Assembly: GCA_039978075.1 (NCBI GenBank)
Contig: JBDWCA010000004.1
Location: forward strand, 127,413 to 191,412
Length of the DNA stretch: 64,000 nt
Origin: Anderseniella sp.
Lineage (GTDB): Bacteria; Pseudomonadota; Alphaproteobacteria; Rhizobiales; Aestuariivirgaceae
Direction of reading: 5' to 3'
In this document: piece by piece, positions 26,143 to 35,782 of the stretch
How the letters are laid out: each line of letters opens with the position of its first letter
How positions within the stretch are numbered: position 1 is the stretch's first letter
Position numbers and translations under genes: made by a program
The notes under the pieces: model-generated
What the model was told of the DNA's origin: nothing
Seen by the model: the letters and a program-made list of their open reading frames with translations, nothing else
The model's database searches: none

Positions 26143-27318
26143 TCAGCCCTGCTCATGCATTCGAAGAATGGTGCGGGCAAGGGTCTGGGCGCGGGGCACG
26201 AATGAGGCGAGTTCCATATACTCATCCGGGCTGTGTACATGGGCGCCGACCGGGCCGACGCCGCAGATGGTCGGGGTACCAACCGAAGCGGCAATGCCGG
26301 AGTCCGCACAACCGCCGGAGAATTCGCCTGATATCGCTAGGCCGCTGTCGTGGCCTGCCTGCGTATAAAGGTCGAACATGTCGGCGGATGCTGGTGACTG
26401 TTCCAGCGGTTTGAACTCACCCATGATTTCCATCGTGGCAGTTGTGCCGGAGACATAACTGCGGTCGGCGATTTCTGTGATAGAGGCGACCAGCCAGTCC
26501 CTGTCTGCAAGCTTGATGAAACGGGTATCGATATCGCAGCTGGCTTCAGGTGCGACCGTGTTGACTGATTGCCCACCGGCAATGAGGCCGACATTTACGG
26601 TGATGCCGCGATCAATGTCAGTGATATCGTGCCAGGTGGTAATCTTGTGCGCCAACTCGCCGATGGCACTGATGCCGTCAGCGAAATTGGCCCCTGAATG
26701 GGCCGCCTTGCCCTTGATGGTGCACCTGAAGAAGATACCTCCCTTGCGGCCCGTAACCACATTGCCGCTGACCCGGCCGGGTTCTGAATTGAACACCGCA
26801 CGGGCGTTGGTTGTTTCGCGAGCAATCACCGGCGCTGATGAGGGAGAACCGATTTCCTCATCACCGGTGAACAGTCCCACCAACGGGGCAGGGGCGCCGC
26901 CAAGTTCGGCAAACGCGGCCAGCACGAAAGCATTCATGACCAGACCGGCCTTCATGTCAGCGACCCCGGGTCCATAGGCACGGCCGTCACGGATGGTGAA
27001 TGGGCGTCGGTCCGGTTCGCCGCGGGGAAACACTGTGTCGCGATGTCCCATCAGCACGATGGGCCGGTTGCCGCCATTGTTTGCACCGGACACCGTGGCC
27101 CGGACTGCATCGCCGTGGGTCTCAATCGGGATAGTGTCGCAAGCAATGCCGCGAGCTTCGAGAAACTCTCGGATCAGGGCACCCGCAGCATCGACCCCTT
27201 CCTTGTAATAACTGCCGCTGTCGGTGTTAACCAGCGCTTCCAGCAGGGCAATCATGCCGGTTTCATTGGCAGCCAGCCATGTCGCAATCTCTGTTTCAGC
27301 AGTCGTCGAAGTGGCCAT
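26143..27318 (-). CDS. M20 family metallopeptidase (glutamate carboxypeptidase / CPG2-like), paralogue of the downstream gene
   Basis: 391 aa with LMGHRDTVF, GPGVADMKAG and TGDEEIGSP motifs. No signal peptide. Confidence 0.85.
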   Translation of the reverse strand: MATSTTAETEIATWLAANETGMIALLEALVNTDSGSYYKEGVDAAGALIREFLEARGIACDTIPIETHGDAVRATVSGANNGGNRPIVLMGHRDTVFPRGEPDRRPFTIRDGRAYGPGVADMKAGLVMNAFVLAAFAELGGAPAPLVGLFTGDEEIGSPSSAPVIARETTNARAVFNSEPGRVSGNVVTGRKGGIFFRCTIKGKAAHSGANFADGISAIGELAHKITTWHDITDIDRGITVNVGLIAGGQSVNTVAPEASCDIDTRFIKLADRDWLVASITEIADRSYVSGTTATMEIMGEFKPLEQSPASADMFDLYTQAGHDSGLAISGEFSGGCADSGIAASVGTPTICGVGPVGAHVHSPDEYMELASFVPRAQTLARTILRMHEQG

Positions 27319-27336
27319 TACCGGCTCTCCTCATGA

Positions 27337-28947
27337 TCAGATTTTTATCGCCATACCATCCCGTGCCGGGTCGGCACCGCCATCCCAGTTGCCGGAGATA
27401 TTGCGAACCGCGTGGACGCCGGCAAAGTTATAGCTTCTGGCATTGCGGCGAACCTCATAGCCCATTGTCATCAGTTCACGCTCGGCACTTCTGAGAATGC
27501 GATTGGTGATGTCTATGGCGTCGGATGTGGTGCAGAACCTTGGCGCGGCAACGGCTTGCTGCGCTGTCATGTCAAAGTCGATGACATTCAAGATAGCCTG
27601 CAGCACGCCCATGGTGATGTAGGTGCCGCCCGGCGCGCCGATAACCAGGAACGGCTTGTCGTCCTTGAAGATGATGGTGGGGCACATGGCGGAAAACCGG
27701 GCCTTGCCGGGAACGATCGAGCCTGGATTGCCGGGGCGCGGATCAAACACCGCCATACAGCCATTGTACATGAACCCAAGCCCGTCGGTGACGACGCCTG
27801 ACGGCATGCCCAGTGAGTGGGTCAGCGCCACGCAATTGCCGTGTGCATCGGCAACGCTGATATGGGTCGTGTCCGTGGATTCCTTGTCACCGACATTCAT
27901 TCGCGGCACGGTTGTCTTGACGCCGCGCCTGATTTCATCGGCCCTGTCTGATGCATAGGCCTTCGACGTCAGGCGGTCCAAGGGGATGTCCATGAAATTG
28001 GGATCGCCCAGATGCCGGTCCTTGTCGACGGTTGCGATCTTCATGGCCTCCGAGACGGTGGCGATGTAGTCAGGCGAATTGTGACCCATGGCAGCGAGGT
28101 CGAAATTCTCTAATATATTCAACATCTCAACAACCATCGCTCCACCACCCGGTGGAGGGTTGGTGGCGATCCGGTACCCCCGGTAACTACCTTCCAGAGG
28201 GATGTTTGACGTAACCGACACATCTGCCAGATCTTTGACGGATATCATGCCGCCATTGGCTTTCATGTCGGCAACGATCTCGCCCGCGATTGCGCCGGTG
28301 TAGAAATCGTCAGGACCGTTTTTCTGGATGCGCCGATAGGTGTTGGCCAGATCCCTGTTGACCAGCTTGTGGCCGATCTTGTGCAGGGTGCCTGTGCTGT
28401 CGGTATAGATAGACCGGGTGGCCGGAAACTTCGTCATCAGTTCCACATAACCCATGCGCCCGGCGATCGGCGGATTGTGCCAGAACTCATGCACATGCGG
28501 GCGTACCAGAAACCCGTTTTCCGCGTAATCGATAGCCGGTTCCATAAGGTCACCAAGCGACATTGTTCCGAATTTTGTGAGCGCAGTATCGTAGGCTTTC
28601 AGTGACATCGGAGTGGTGATGGCGCCATAGCCGCATTCGTTCTCCCGGCCCTTCAGAATGAAACCAAACCCGTCTTCTGCTTCGCCGACGACGAGATGTT
28701 TCCACATGTCGGGCGTGGCAGCCGACGGCGCGCGGCCATGGAAATCGATAACCTGGTGGGTTTGCGTTCCCGGCATGTAGATATGCATGGATCCAAACCC
28801 GGCAATGCCGCACATTTGCGGATCTACGGCGGTCTGGACGAGCGCGGTTGCGATAGCCGCATCCACGGCGTTGCCGCCTTTTGCCAGCACATCGGCGCCG
28901 GCCTCCACGGCTTCGGGTTGAGGGGCGGTTATGATGCCGTGTTTCAT
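27337..28947 (-). CDS. ggt: gamma-glutamyltransferase family protein, apparently cytoplasmic
   Basis: The ATG at 28947 gives MKHGIITAPQPEAVEAGADVLAKGGNAVDAAIA with no signal peptide. The autoprocessing and nucleophile region ESTDTTHISVAD is present. The track ORF extends to 29046. Confidence 0.85.
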   Translation of the reverse strand: MKHGIITAPQPEAVEAGADVLAKGGNAVDAAIATALVQTAVDPQMCGIAGFGSMHIYMPGTQTHQVIDFHGRAPSAATPDMWKHLVVGEAEDGFGFILKGRENECGYGAITTPMSLKAYDTALTKFGTMSLGDLMEPAIDYAENGFLVRPHVHEFWHNPPIAGRMGYVELMTKFPATRSIYTDSTGTLHKIGHKLVNRDLANTYRRIQKNGPDDFYTGAIAGEIVADMKANGGMISVKDLADVSVTSNIPLEGSYRGYRIATNPPPGGGAMVVEMLNILENFDLAAMGHNSPDYIATVSEAMKIATVDKDRHLGDPNFMDIPLDRLTSKAYASDRADEIRRGVKTTVPRMNVGDKESTDTTHISVADAHGNCVALTHSLGMPSGVVTDGLGFMYNGCMAVFDPRPGNPGSIVPGKARFSAMCPTIIFKDDKPFLVIGAPGGTYITMGVLQAILNVIDFDMTAQQAVAAPRFCTTSDAIDITNRILRSAERELMTMGYEVRRNARSYNFAGVHAVRNISGNWDGGADPARDGMAIKI

Positions 28948-28963
28948 GACAGATGATCCCCGG

Positions 28964-30442
28964 TCAGGCTTTGAGTTTTGCAAGATTTGCGACAGGGCGG
29001 GCCGTTTCCGGATCGCTCGCCAGAACCTGTTCGAGACTATGGGCAACTTCCAGAACGAGCGCGTCTGATCCGTTGGGACCGACGATCTGGATGCCGAACG
29101 GCATGCCGAGATGGTCCACCCCGCAGGGCAGGGAACAGGATGCAGGCAATGCCATGGTCAGGGCATAGCTCAGCGCCAGCCATCTCATATAGGTTGGCAT
29201 CTTGTCGCCATTGATCTCTTCCACAAACAATTGCGAATGTGGAAACGGCGACACGGAAGCCGTTGGACAGATCAGGATGTCCACGTCTTCGAACAAGTCG
29301 ATGAAATCATTGTAGATCTGGGTTTGAACAGTATGTGCCCATGCGACATCGCCAAGGCTGTATTTGAGCCCGCGTTCGGTGTTGTCGATCACATTGCGGT
29401 CAAGCAGCTCACGATGGTGTTCCAGCCTGTCGCGGTGAGCGCCGACGAAATTGACCCCCCGAGTAATTTCGAACGCCTCGTGGACATCATGCATCCTTGG
29501 GTCGCGGTTGTGCGCGTTGAGAAATACATGTTTGAACTTGCTGATACGTTTTTCAAATGTAGCGGCGATATCCTTGTCGACAGGCGCGCAACCCAGATCG
29601 GTCGATATCGCGACCCGCATGCTCGACAGGTCAGCACCGGCAAGGGTTGCGGGGATGTCCATGTCATCCATGCTGGAGAACGGGTCACGCAGATTGGTAT
29701 CCTGCTGTGCCAGCAACAACAAATGTGTGTCGGCCACGGTGCGGCCCATCGGGCCCACTACCGAGAACGGGTTGAGGGAAATGGGGCGCCCCACAGCAGG
29801 AACAACGCCGGGGGAAGGGCGATACCCGGTAACGCCGCAAAACCCTGCCGGTGTCCGCAGGCTGCCGCCATAGTCCGAACCTGTCGCCAATGGCATCATG
29901 CCAGCAGCAAGAGCTGCGGCAGATCCACCGGACGATCCGGCGCATGTCTTGTCAGGATCAAATGGGTTTCCGGTTGGGCCGTACACACGGTTTGTGGTGT
30001 TGGCGCCGGCACCAAATTCCGGTGTGTTGGTTTTGGAGAAGACATTGGCCCCGGCCGCCCTTACATTGGCGACCATGTGGTCGTCTTCGGTCGGTATATG
30101 ATCCTTGTAGATCAACGATCCCCAGGTGGTTTTCAAATTTCTGGTAGGGTTCAAATCCTTGATGCCGACCGGCAGGCCATGCAGCAGGCCCAGTTCCTCG
30201 CCATCGGTTACCGCCTTTTCTGCGGCCTTGGCATTTGCTTTCGCGGCAGCTTCATCCATGGCCACAACCGCGTTGAGCGTGCCGTTGGTTTCGGAAATGC
30301 GCTCAAGGCAGGACTTAAGAAGCTCAACCGGTGAAAGGGCCTTGATGCCGATCTGGCGGCGCGCCTCTACAGCGCTGAGATCACAGGGTTTAGTCACGTT
30401 GGTCCATGTCCTTATGTCAGGCTGCGCGTGGAGGAACGTCAC
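28964..30442 (-). CDS. amidase (amidase-signature family)
   Basis: AS motif GGSSGGSAAALAAGMMPLATGSDYGGSLRTPA. The GTG start at 30442 overlaps the upstream gene by 26 nt. An alternative GTG start is at 30394. Confidence 0.85.
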   Translation of the reverse strand: MTFLHAQPDIRTWTNVTKPCDLSAVEARRQIGIKALSPVELLKSCLERISETNGTLNAVVAMDEAAAKANAKAAEKAVTDGEELGLLHGLPVGIKDLNPTRNLKTTWGSLIYKDHIPTEDDHMVANVRAAGANVFSKTNTPEFGAGANTTNRVYGPTGNPFDPDKTCAGSSGGSAAALAAGMMPLATGSDYGGSLRTPAGFCGVTGYRPSPGVVPAVGRPISLNPFSVVGPMGRTVADTHLLLLAQQDTNLRDPFSSMDDMDIPATLAGADLSSMRVAISTDLGCAPVDKDIAATFEKRISKFKHVFLNAHNRDPRMHDVHEAFEITRGVNFVGAHRDRLEHHRELLDRNVIDNTERGLKYSLGDVAWAHTVQTQIYNDFIDLFEDVDILICPTASVSPFPHSQLFVEEINGDKMPTYMRWLALSYALTMALPASCSLPCGVDHLGMPFGIQIVGPNGSDALVLEVAHSLEQVLASDPETARPVANLAKLKA

Positions 30443-31838
30443 CCGCCCCGATGTCCCAGTACAGTCCGGTCATCACGTCCAGGGCCGACCGGCACACCGA
30501 CATCAGCACATGTTCATCAGGCGCATGCTGTGAACACGATGTGTAGGAATGCGGCAGCCAGATCGCAGGCAGGTTCAGATCATCGGTGAAGATGTCATTG
30601 CAGATGGAACCGCCCATGGACGGCACGATGGCGGGCTTTGAATTGGTGGACCGCTGCACGGAATTGCGTACGAACATGGCCCACGGGTGATCGGGTTCGG
30701 TGCGGGTCGCCTTGAACATGCCGTCATTTACCGCAGGCGGTGGTGTCACTTTGACGATATCAAACCCGGCCTGGTCGAGATGGGCCTGAAGTACGGGGAT
30801 GATATTGTCGACATCGGTGCCGGCCACGAACCGGAGTTGGCAATTGGCTGATGCCTTGGGCGGAATAGCGTTGACCGGCCGTCCCGGTGTGCCGGTGGAG
30901 TATGCCAGCACGTTGAACACATTGGCCGCATAGACGCGCTGCGGTGGTGTCAGGTCCGGCTCTCCCCACCAGGTGTCGATGCTCGGTCCGCTTTCACCGC
31001 CGTCAATTTCAATGTCGTCGAGAACATCGCGGACGGTTTCGGTCATGGCCGGTGGCTTCAGGCCGTCAACCAGAAGCTCGCCTTTCGGGCCGACAATGGA
31101 TGCGATGGCATGGGCGAGAATAATGCCGGGATTGGCCAGCAGGCCACCCCAGTTGCCGGAGTGATGTCCGCCCTCCCGGAGATCACAGACAAGGTCCAGG
31201 TTCACCGCGCCACGGCAGCCCAGGGACAGGGTCGGGCGCTCGGGTGTCACGCGCGGCCCGTCGGAGGCGATGAAGACATCGGCGGCAAAATCCGGCTTGT
31301 TGGCTCTGACCAGATCAGCGAGGCCTTTTGACCCGGCTTCTTCCCCCATTTCGATGAGGAATTTGGCATTGAAACCAAGTTGCCCACGCTCTTCCAGCAC
31401 AGCACGCATGGCGGCCATGTTCATGGTGTGCTGGGCCTTGTTGTCGGCGGTGCCGCGACCGTACAACCTGTCGCCATCCCTGGCCGTTTCCCAGGGTCCG
31501 TCACCTTTGGTCCACTGATCATCAAGCCCGCGGATCACGTCGCCATGCCCGTAACCCAGGACTGTTGGTAATGAGGGGTTTTCAATTCGGGTTGCGAGAA
31601 GCGCCGGTGCCTGACCTGCGACCGGGTTATCGTAGCGCTTGACGGTGAACCCCATGGCTTCAAATGCCGGGGTCATTTCAGTGTCGAGGTACTTGTGAAG
31701 GTGCGCCATGCTGTCGGGCAGTTTCTGGCTCTCGGTGCGGTGCGCGACACGGTTCGCCAGCTCGGTTTCGAAGTTGCCGCCGTCGATATAGTTTCTGATG
31801 CGATCTATCGCGCCTTCACGGCTGCCGGTTTCGCTCAT
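30417..31838 (-). CDS. M20 family dipeptidase (ArgE/DapE/Dug1-like)
   Basis: 473 aa with YGHGDV, GRGTADNKAQ and EMGEEAGS motifs. Its start overlaps the ATPase gene stop (ATGA). Confidence 0.82.
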   Translation of the reverse strand: MSETGSREGAIDRIRNYIDGGNFETELANRVAHRTESQKLPDSMAHLHKYLDTEMTPAFEAMGFTVKRYDNPVAGQAPALLATRIENPSLPTVLGYGHGDVIRGLDDQWTKGDGPWETARDGDRLYGRGTADNKAQHTMNMAAMRAVLEERGQLGFNAKFLIEMGEEAGSKGLADLVRANKPDFAADVFIASDGPRVTPERPTLSLGCRGAVNLDLVCDLREGGHHSGNWGGLLANPGIILAHAIASIVGPKGELLVDGLKPPAMTETVRDVLDDIEIDGGESGPSIDTWWGEPDLTPPQRVYAANVFNVLAYSTGTPGRPVNAIPPKASANCQLRFVAGTDVDNIIPVLQAHLDQAGFDIVKVTPPPAVNDGMFKATRTEPDHPWAMFVRNSVQRSTNSKPAIVPSMGGSICNDIFTDDLNLPAIWLPHSYTSCSQHAPDEHVLMSVCRSALDVMTGLYWDIGAGDVPPRAA

Positions 31839-32818
31839 GATGCCAGCTTTCCCTTTCCTTCATTCTCGTCATAGAGGTGACACTCAACATGGCCGTCGCC
31901 GAACGGAGTTTTTCGAGGCGCAACCGCTGAGCAGTGCGGCATTGCCTTAACGCAGCGCGGGTGAAACCGGCAACCAGACGGCATGTCGAGCGGGTTGGGA
32001 TAGGCTGCTCCCAGGTGCGTGTCGGGGACGCCAAGGCTCGGATCCGGTGTCAGGACCGACTCCAGCAGTGCCTTTGAATAGGGATGCTTCGGTGTGTCGA
32101 ACAGCGTTCCGGCATCTTCTTCCTCGACTATACGGCCGAGATACATGACCGCGACCCGCGTTGCCATGTGTTCGACAACCGCAAGATTGTGGCTGATCAC
32201 CAGATAGGTCAGGCCGAGTTCTTCTCTCAGATCCTGCAGCAGGTTGAGAATCTGTGATTGCACTGACACATCGAGCGCGGATGTCGGTTCGTCGCAAATG
32301 ACGATACGCGGGCGATTGATGAGGGCCCGGGCGATGGCCACGCGCTGGCGCTGTCCGCCTGACAACTGGCTGGGATAGTTGTTGTAGACACGTCGCGGCA
32401 GCCCGACGAGTTCCATGATTTCGTCAGCCCGCTTGCGCCAGGTGCCGGGGTCCTTGTCGCCCTGCACCTTGAGCGGCAAGGTGATGATGCTGCCGATCGA
32501 CTTGCGCGGATTGAGAGACGAGTAGGGGTCCTGAAAGATCGGCTGAACGGTTTGAGCTATGCGTAACCGGTCCATTGTCTCGATCGGGTTTCCGTCCAGT
32601 TCCAGGGAGCCGGATGTCGGCGGCAGCAGGCCCAGCAGCATTTTGGCCAGTGTGGTCTTGCCGCAACCGGATTCTCCGACAAGGGCCAGGACTTCGCCCT
32701 GGCGGATGCGCAGATCAATGCCGTTAACCGCATGCAACGGCCGTTTGGGTTTCATGAAGCCACCGGAGATCATGAAAGTGCGGGTGGCGTCCTTGGCTTC
32801 CAGAACGATGTCGCTCAT
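31835..32818 (-). CDS. peptide ABC transporter ATP-binding protein (DppF/OppF type)
   Basis: GESGCGKTT, LSGGQRQRVAIARAL and a C-terminal oligopeptide-type extension (GCRFHPRC). Confidence 0.92.
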   Translation of the reverse strand: MSDIVLEAKDATRTFMISGGFMKPKRPLHAVNGIDLRIRQGEVLALVGESGCGKTTLAKMLLGLLPPTSGSLELDGNPIETMDRLRIAQTVQPIFQDPYSSLNPRKSIGSIITLPLKVQGDKDPGTWRKRADEIMELVGLPRRVYNNYPSQLSGGQRQRVAIARALINRPRIVICDEPTSALDVSVQSQILNLLQDLREELGLTYLVISHNLAVVEHMATRVAVMYLGRIVEEEDAGTLFDTPKHPYSKALLESVLTPDPSLGVPDTHLGAAYPNPLDMPSGCRFHPRCVKAMPHCSAVAPRKTPFGDGHVECHLYDENEGKGKLAS

Positions 32819-33846
32819 GAGACAGCTCCTTCAGCTTTGCGGATAGAAGCATCAGACCCTTGCGTCAGCAGGCAACGGCAGACGTGGCCTGGTTGCGCGG
32901 TCGGCAGCAGTTCGATGGTTCTGGTCTTGCATGCCTCGTGCACTTGCGGACAACGGCTGGCGAAATGACATCCCTGCATATGACCTACCAGCGACGGCAC
33001 GATGCCGGGGATCGCTCCCAGGCGTGCGCCGCGTTTGGTCTTACCGGGAATTGGAATGCAGTCCAGCAGGCCGCGCGTATAAGGGTGTTGAGGGGCATTG
33101 AATATCTGTTCGGCAGTTCCGGTTTCAACCACCTGACCGGCATACATGACCGCCACCCGATCGGCGATGCGGGCCACTACGCCGAGATCGTGGGTGATCA
33201 GGATCATGCCCATCTGGAATTCCCGTTGCAGGTCCGAGAGCAAATGCAGGATTTGCGCCTGGATGGTTACATCCAGCGCCGTTGTCGGTTCATCCGCGAT
33301 GATCAGGTCGGGGCCGCACATTAACGCCATGGCGATCATCACCCGTTGCCGGAGGCCCCCGGACAGTTGGTGGGGGTACTGGCCAAGCCGGCCCGCAGCG
33401 GCGGTAATGCCGACTTTTTCAAGCAGGTAGATGGCGCGGTCGCGTGCCTCTGCCTTGGAAACGTTGCGGTGACGCTGCAGTGCTTCGGCCAACTGGTTGC
33501 CGATGGTGTAGGCCGGGTTGAGTGACGTCATCGGCTCCTGGAAGATCATGCTCATACGATCACCGCGAATGTCGGACATGGCCCTCTCGCCAATGCGGAA
33601 GACATTATCGCCCGACAGTTGCATTTCATCGCAAGCGCGGATTGCCTTGGTTGGCAACAGGTCCATGATCGCCAGCGAGGTGAGTGATTTTCCACAACCT
33701 GATTCACCCACCACACACAGCGTTTCGCCCCGGTCCACATGCAGGGACACGTCTTGCACCGGGCGCAGCATGCCGGTGGGAACCGGTATCTCTACATTGA
33801 GCCTTTTGACTTCAAGGACGCGTTTGCTTTCGGATTTTGCCGGCAT
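32815..33846 (-). CDS. peptide ABC transporter ATP-binding protein (DppD/OppD type)
   Basis: GESGCGKSLT, LSGGLRQRVMIAMAL and GCHFASRCP. Confidence 0.92.
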   Translation of the reverse strand: MPAKSESKRVLEVKRLNVEIPVPTGMLRPVQDVSLHVDRGETLCVVGESGCGKSLTSLAIMDLLPTKAIRACDEMQLSGDNVFRIGERAMSDIRGDRMSMIFQEPMTSLNPAYTIGNQLAEALQRHRNVSKAEARDRAIYLLEKVGITAAAGRLGQYPHQLSGGLRQRVMIAMALMCGPDLIIADEPTTALDVTIQAQILHLLSDLQREFQMGMILITHDLGVVARIADRVAVMYAGQVVETGTAEQIFNAPQHPYTRGLLDCIPIPGKTKRGARLGAIPGIVPSLVGHMQGCHFASRCPQVHEACKTRTIELLPTAQPGHVCRCLLTQGSDASIRKAEGAVS

Positions 33847-34757
33847 CAGTTACGGTTCTCCGGTGCAGTTACGTCGCGGATACCGTCGCCCAGCAGATTG
33901 ATCGACAGGACCAGGGCAAACAGGGCCAGGCCCGGAATGGTGATCAGCCACGGATCAAAGAAGATCATGCCCTTGGCTTCCGAAATCATCAGGCCCCAAC
34001 TGGGCTCAGGCGGTTGCACGCCAAGCCCGAGGAAGGATAGAGCCGCTTCCAGCAGAATGGCGTGTGCCATCTCAAGTGTCGCAATCACGATCAGATGATT
34101 GGTGATGTTGGGCATGACTTCGGTGAGCAGAATGCGAGGTGTCGAGCAACCGAGGGCTTGTGCGGATGTCACGAAATCAAGCGCACGCACCTGCTGGGTC
34201 GCACTTCGCATGACCACGGCGAACCGGTCCCAGATCAAAAGGCCCAATACCCATATCACCACGGTCAGGGACGATCCCACGATGGAGACAACGGCAAGAG
34301 CGACGAGCACGACCGGCATGGACAGGCGGGTTGTGATGATGAAATTTACCACCATGTCGACACGGCCACCGTAATAACCGGCCAGAACGCCAAGCGTCGT
34401 GCCGATTACGCCGGAAATCAGCATGGCGCCAAACCCGATGAGCAACGAAATGCGTGCGCCGTAAAACAACCGCGTCATGTAATCACGGCCCAGATGATCG
34501 GTGCCGAGCGGATGGTCCCATGTCGCTTTTGCGCTGTCGCTCCAGACCGGCGGGATCAGCTTGCGTGACAGCACCTGGTCGAATGGGTCGCCGGGAGAGA
34601 TGTAGGGCGCCAGCAGCGCCATCAGGAAGATGGCGATCAGCACAAACGCGCCGATCATGAAGCCCCAATGGGAAAAGACGCGTTTTCGCATCATGGCGCC
34701 GGGGGACGGTTCCTGATTTTCGGTTATGGCGGGTGCTTTTGCAGTATCGATCGTCAT
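33846..34757 (-). CDS. peptide ABC transporter permease (DppC type)
   Basis: Multi-TM BPD-transporter fold. The ATG at 34757 lies 1 nt after the upstream stop (TGAgATG). The track ORF extends to 34784. Confidence 0.9.
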   Translation of the reverse strand: MTIDTAKAPAITENQEPSPGAMMRKRVFSHWGFMIGAFVLIAIFLMALLAPYISPGDPFDQVLSRKLIPPVWSDSAKATWDHPLGTDHLGRDYMTRLFYGARISLLIGFGAMLISGVIGTTLGVLAGYYGGRVDMVVNFIITTRLSMPVVLVALAVVSIVGSSLTVVIWVLGLLIWDRFAVVMRSATQQVRALDFVTSAQALGCSTPRILLTEVMPNITNHLIVIATLEMAHAILLEAALSFLGLGVQPPEPSWGLMISEAKGMIFFDPWLITIPGLALFALVLSINLLGDGIRDVTAPENRN

Positions 34758-34758
34758 C

Positions 34759-35676
34759 TCATGCCACCCGAATTCGAGGATCAAGGAAGGCGTTCAGCAT
34801 GTCCGCCAGGAAAGTCAGCAGAATATAGAAAATGCTCAGGACCAGAACGATGGCCTGCATCATCGGCACGTCTGCGCGCTGAATGGATTCCCATGCCAGA
34901 TACCCCAGACCGTTGATGGCGAAAATTGTCTCGATCACGATGGATCCGCCTAGCATAAAGCCGAATTGCACTGCGGCCAGGGATACGACCGGTATGATGG
35001 CATTGCGCAATGCGTGCTTGAAAAGCACCGTCATGGGACGCAATCCTTTGGCCCGGGCGGTGCGGATGTAGTCGGACGACAACACCTCCAGCATACCGGC
35101 ACGGGTCAGACGCATCACCGCCGGTGTGAGATAATATCCCAGCACCATCGAGGGCATGATGAAGTTTTTCCAGCTTTCAGTGCCGGTAATAGGCAGCAGC
35201 CTCCATGTAATCCCCAACCACAGGATCAGGGTCAAGGCAAACCAGAAACTGGGCATGGCCTGACCGACAACGGCGACGCTGAGAGCAATGCGGTCAAGGA
35301 TGGAGTTGGGCCGGATGGCAGCAACCACACCGAGAGGGATGGCCAGCAGCAGGGCAAAAGCCAGTGAACAGGCACCCAGCAGCATGGTTGTCGGCAGGCG
35401 CTCGAAAATGACGTTGGCGACGGGCGCTTTCAGATAGTTGGAATGACCGAGATTGCCCTGCAGTGCCTGCACCAGCCAACTGCCGTACTGAAAGATTATC
35501 GGCCGGTCGAAGCCATAGACACGGCGCACATTCTCAATGTCTTCATTGCTGGCACCTTCCCCGGCCAGCGCCATTGCCGGGTCGCCGGACAGATAAACCA
35601 TCGAAAAGGACAAGACGGACACTGTAATGGCAACCAGAACCGCCACACCGAGCCGCTTCAATGTGTAATAGAGCAT
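34759..35676 (-). CDS. peptide ABC transporter permease (DppB type)
   Basis: 305 aa. N-terminus MLYYTLKRLGVAVLVAITVSVLSF and motif YIRTARAKGL. Confidence 0.92.
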   Translation of the reverse strand: MLYYTLKRLGVAVLVAITVSVLSFSMVYLSGDPAMALAGEGASNEDIENVRRVYGFDRPIIFQYGSWLVQALQGNLGHSNYLKAPVANVIFERLPTTMLLGACSLAFALLLAIPLGVVAAIRPNSILDRIALSVAVVGQAMPSFWFALTLILWLGITWRLLPITGTESWKNFIMPSMVLGYYLTPAVMRLTRAGMLEVLSSDYIRTARAKGLRPMTVLFKHALRNAIIPVVSLAAVQFGFMLGGSIVIETIFAINGLGYLAWESIQRADVPMMQAIVLVLSIFYILLTFLADMLNAFLDPRIRVA

Positions 35677-35782
35677 CTCTACCTTGAAGGTTTACCCGGT
35701 CTGGCGTTGACGTAACGGATGATCTCACAGAGACCACCAGAACACAGACCGGGCATAAGTTCGTCCAGACTAAACTAGCGGA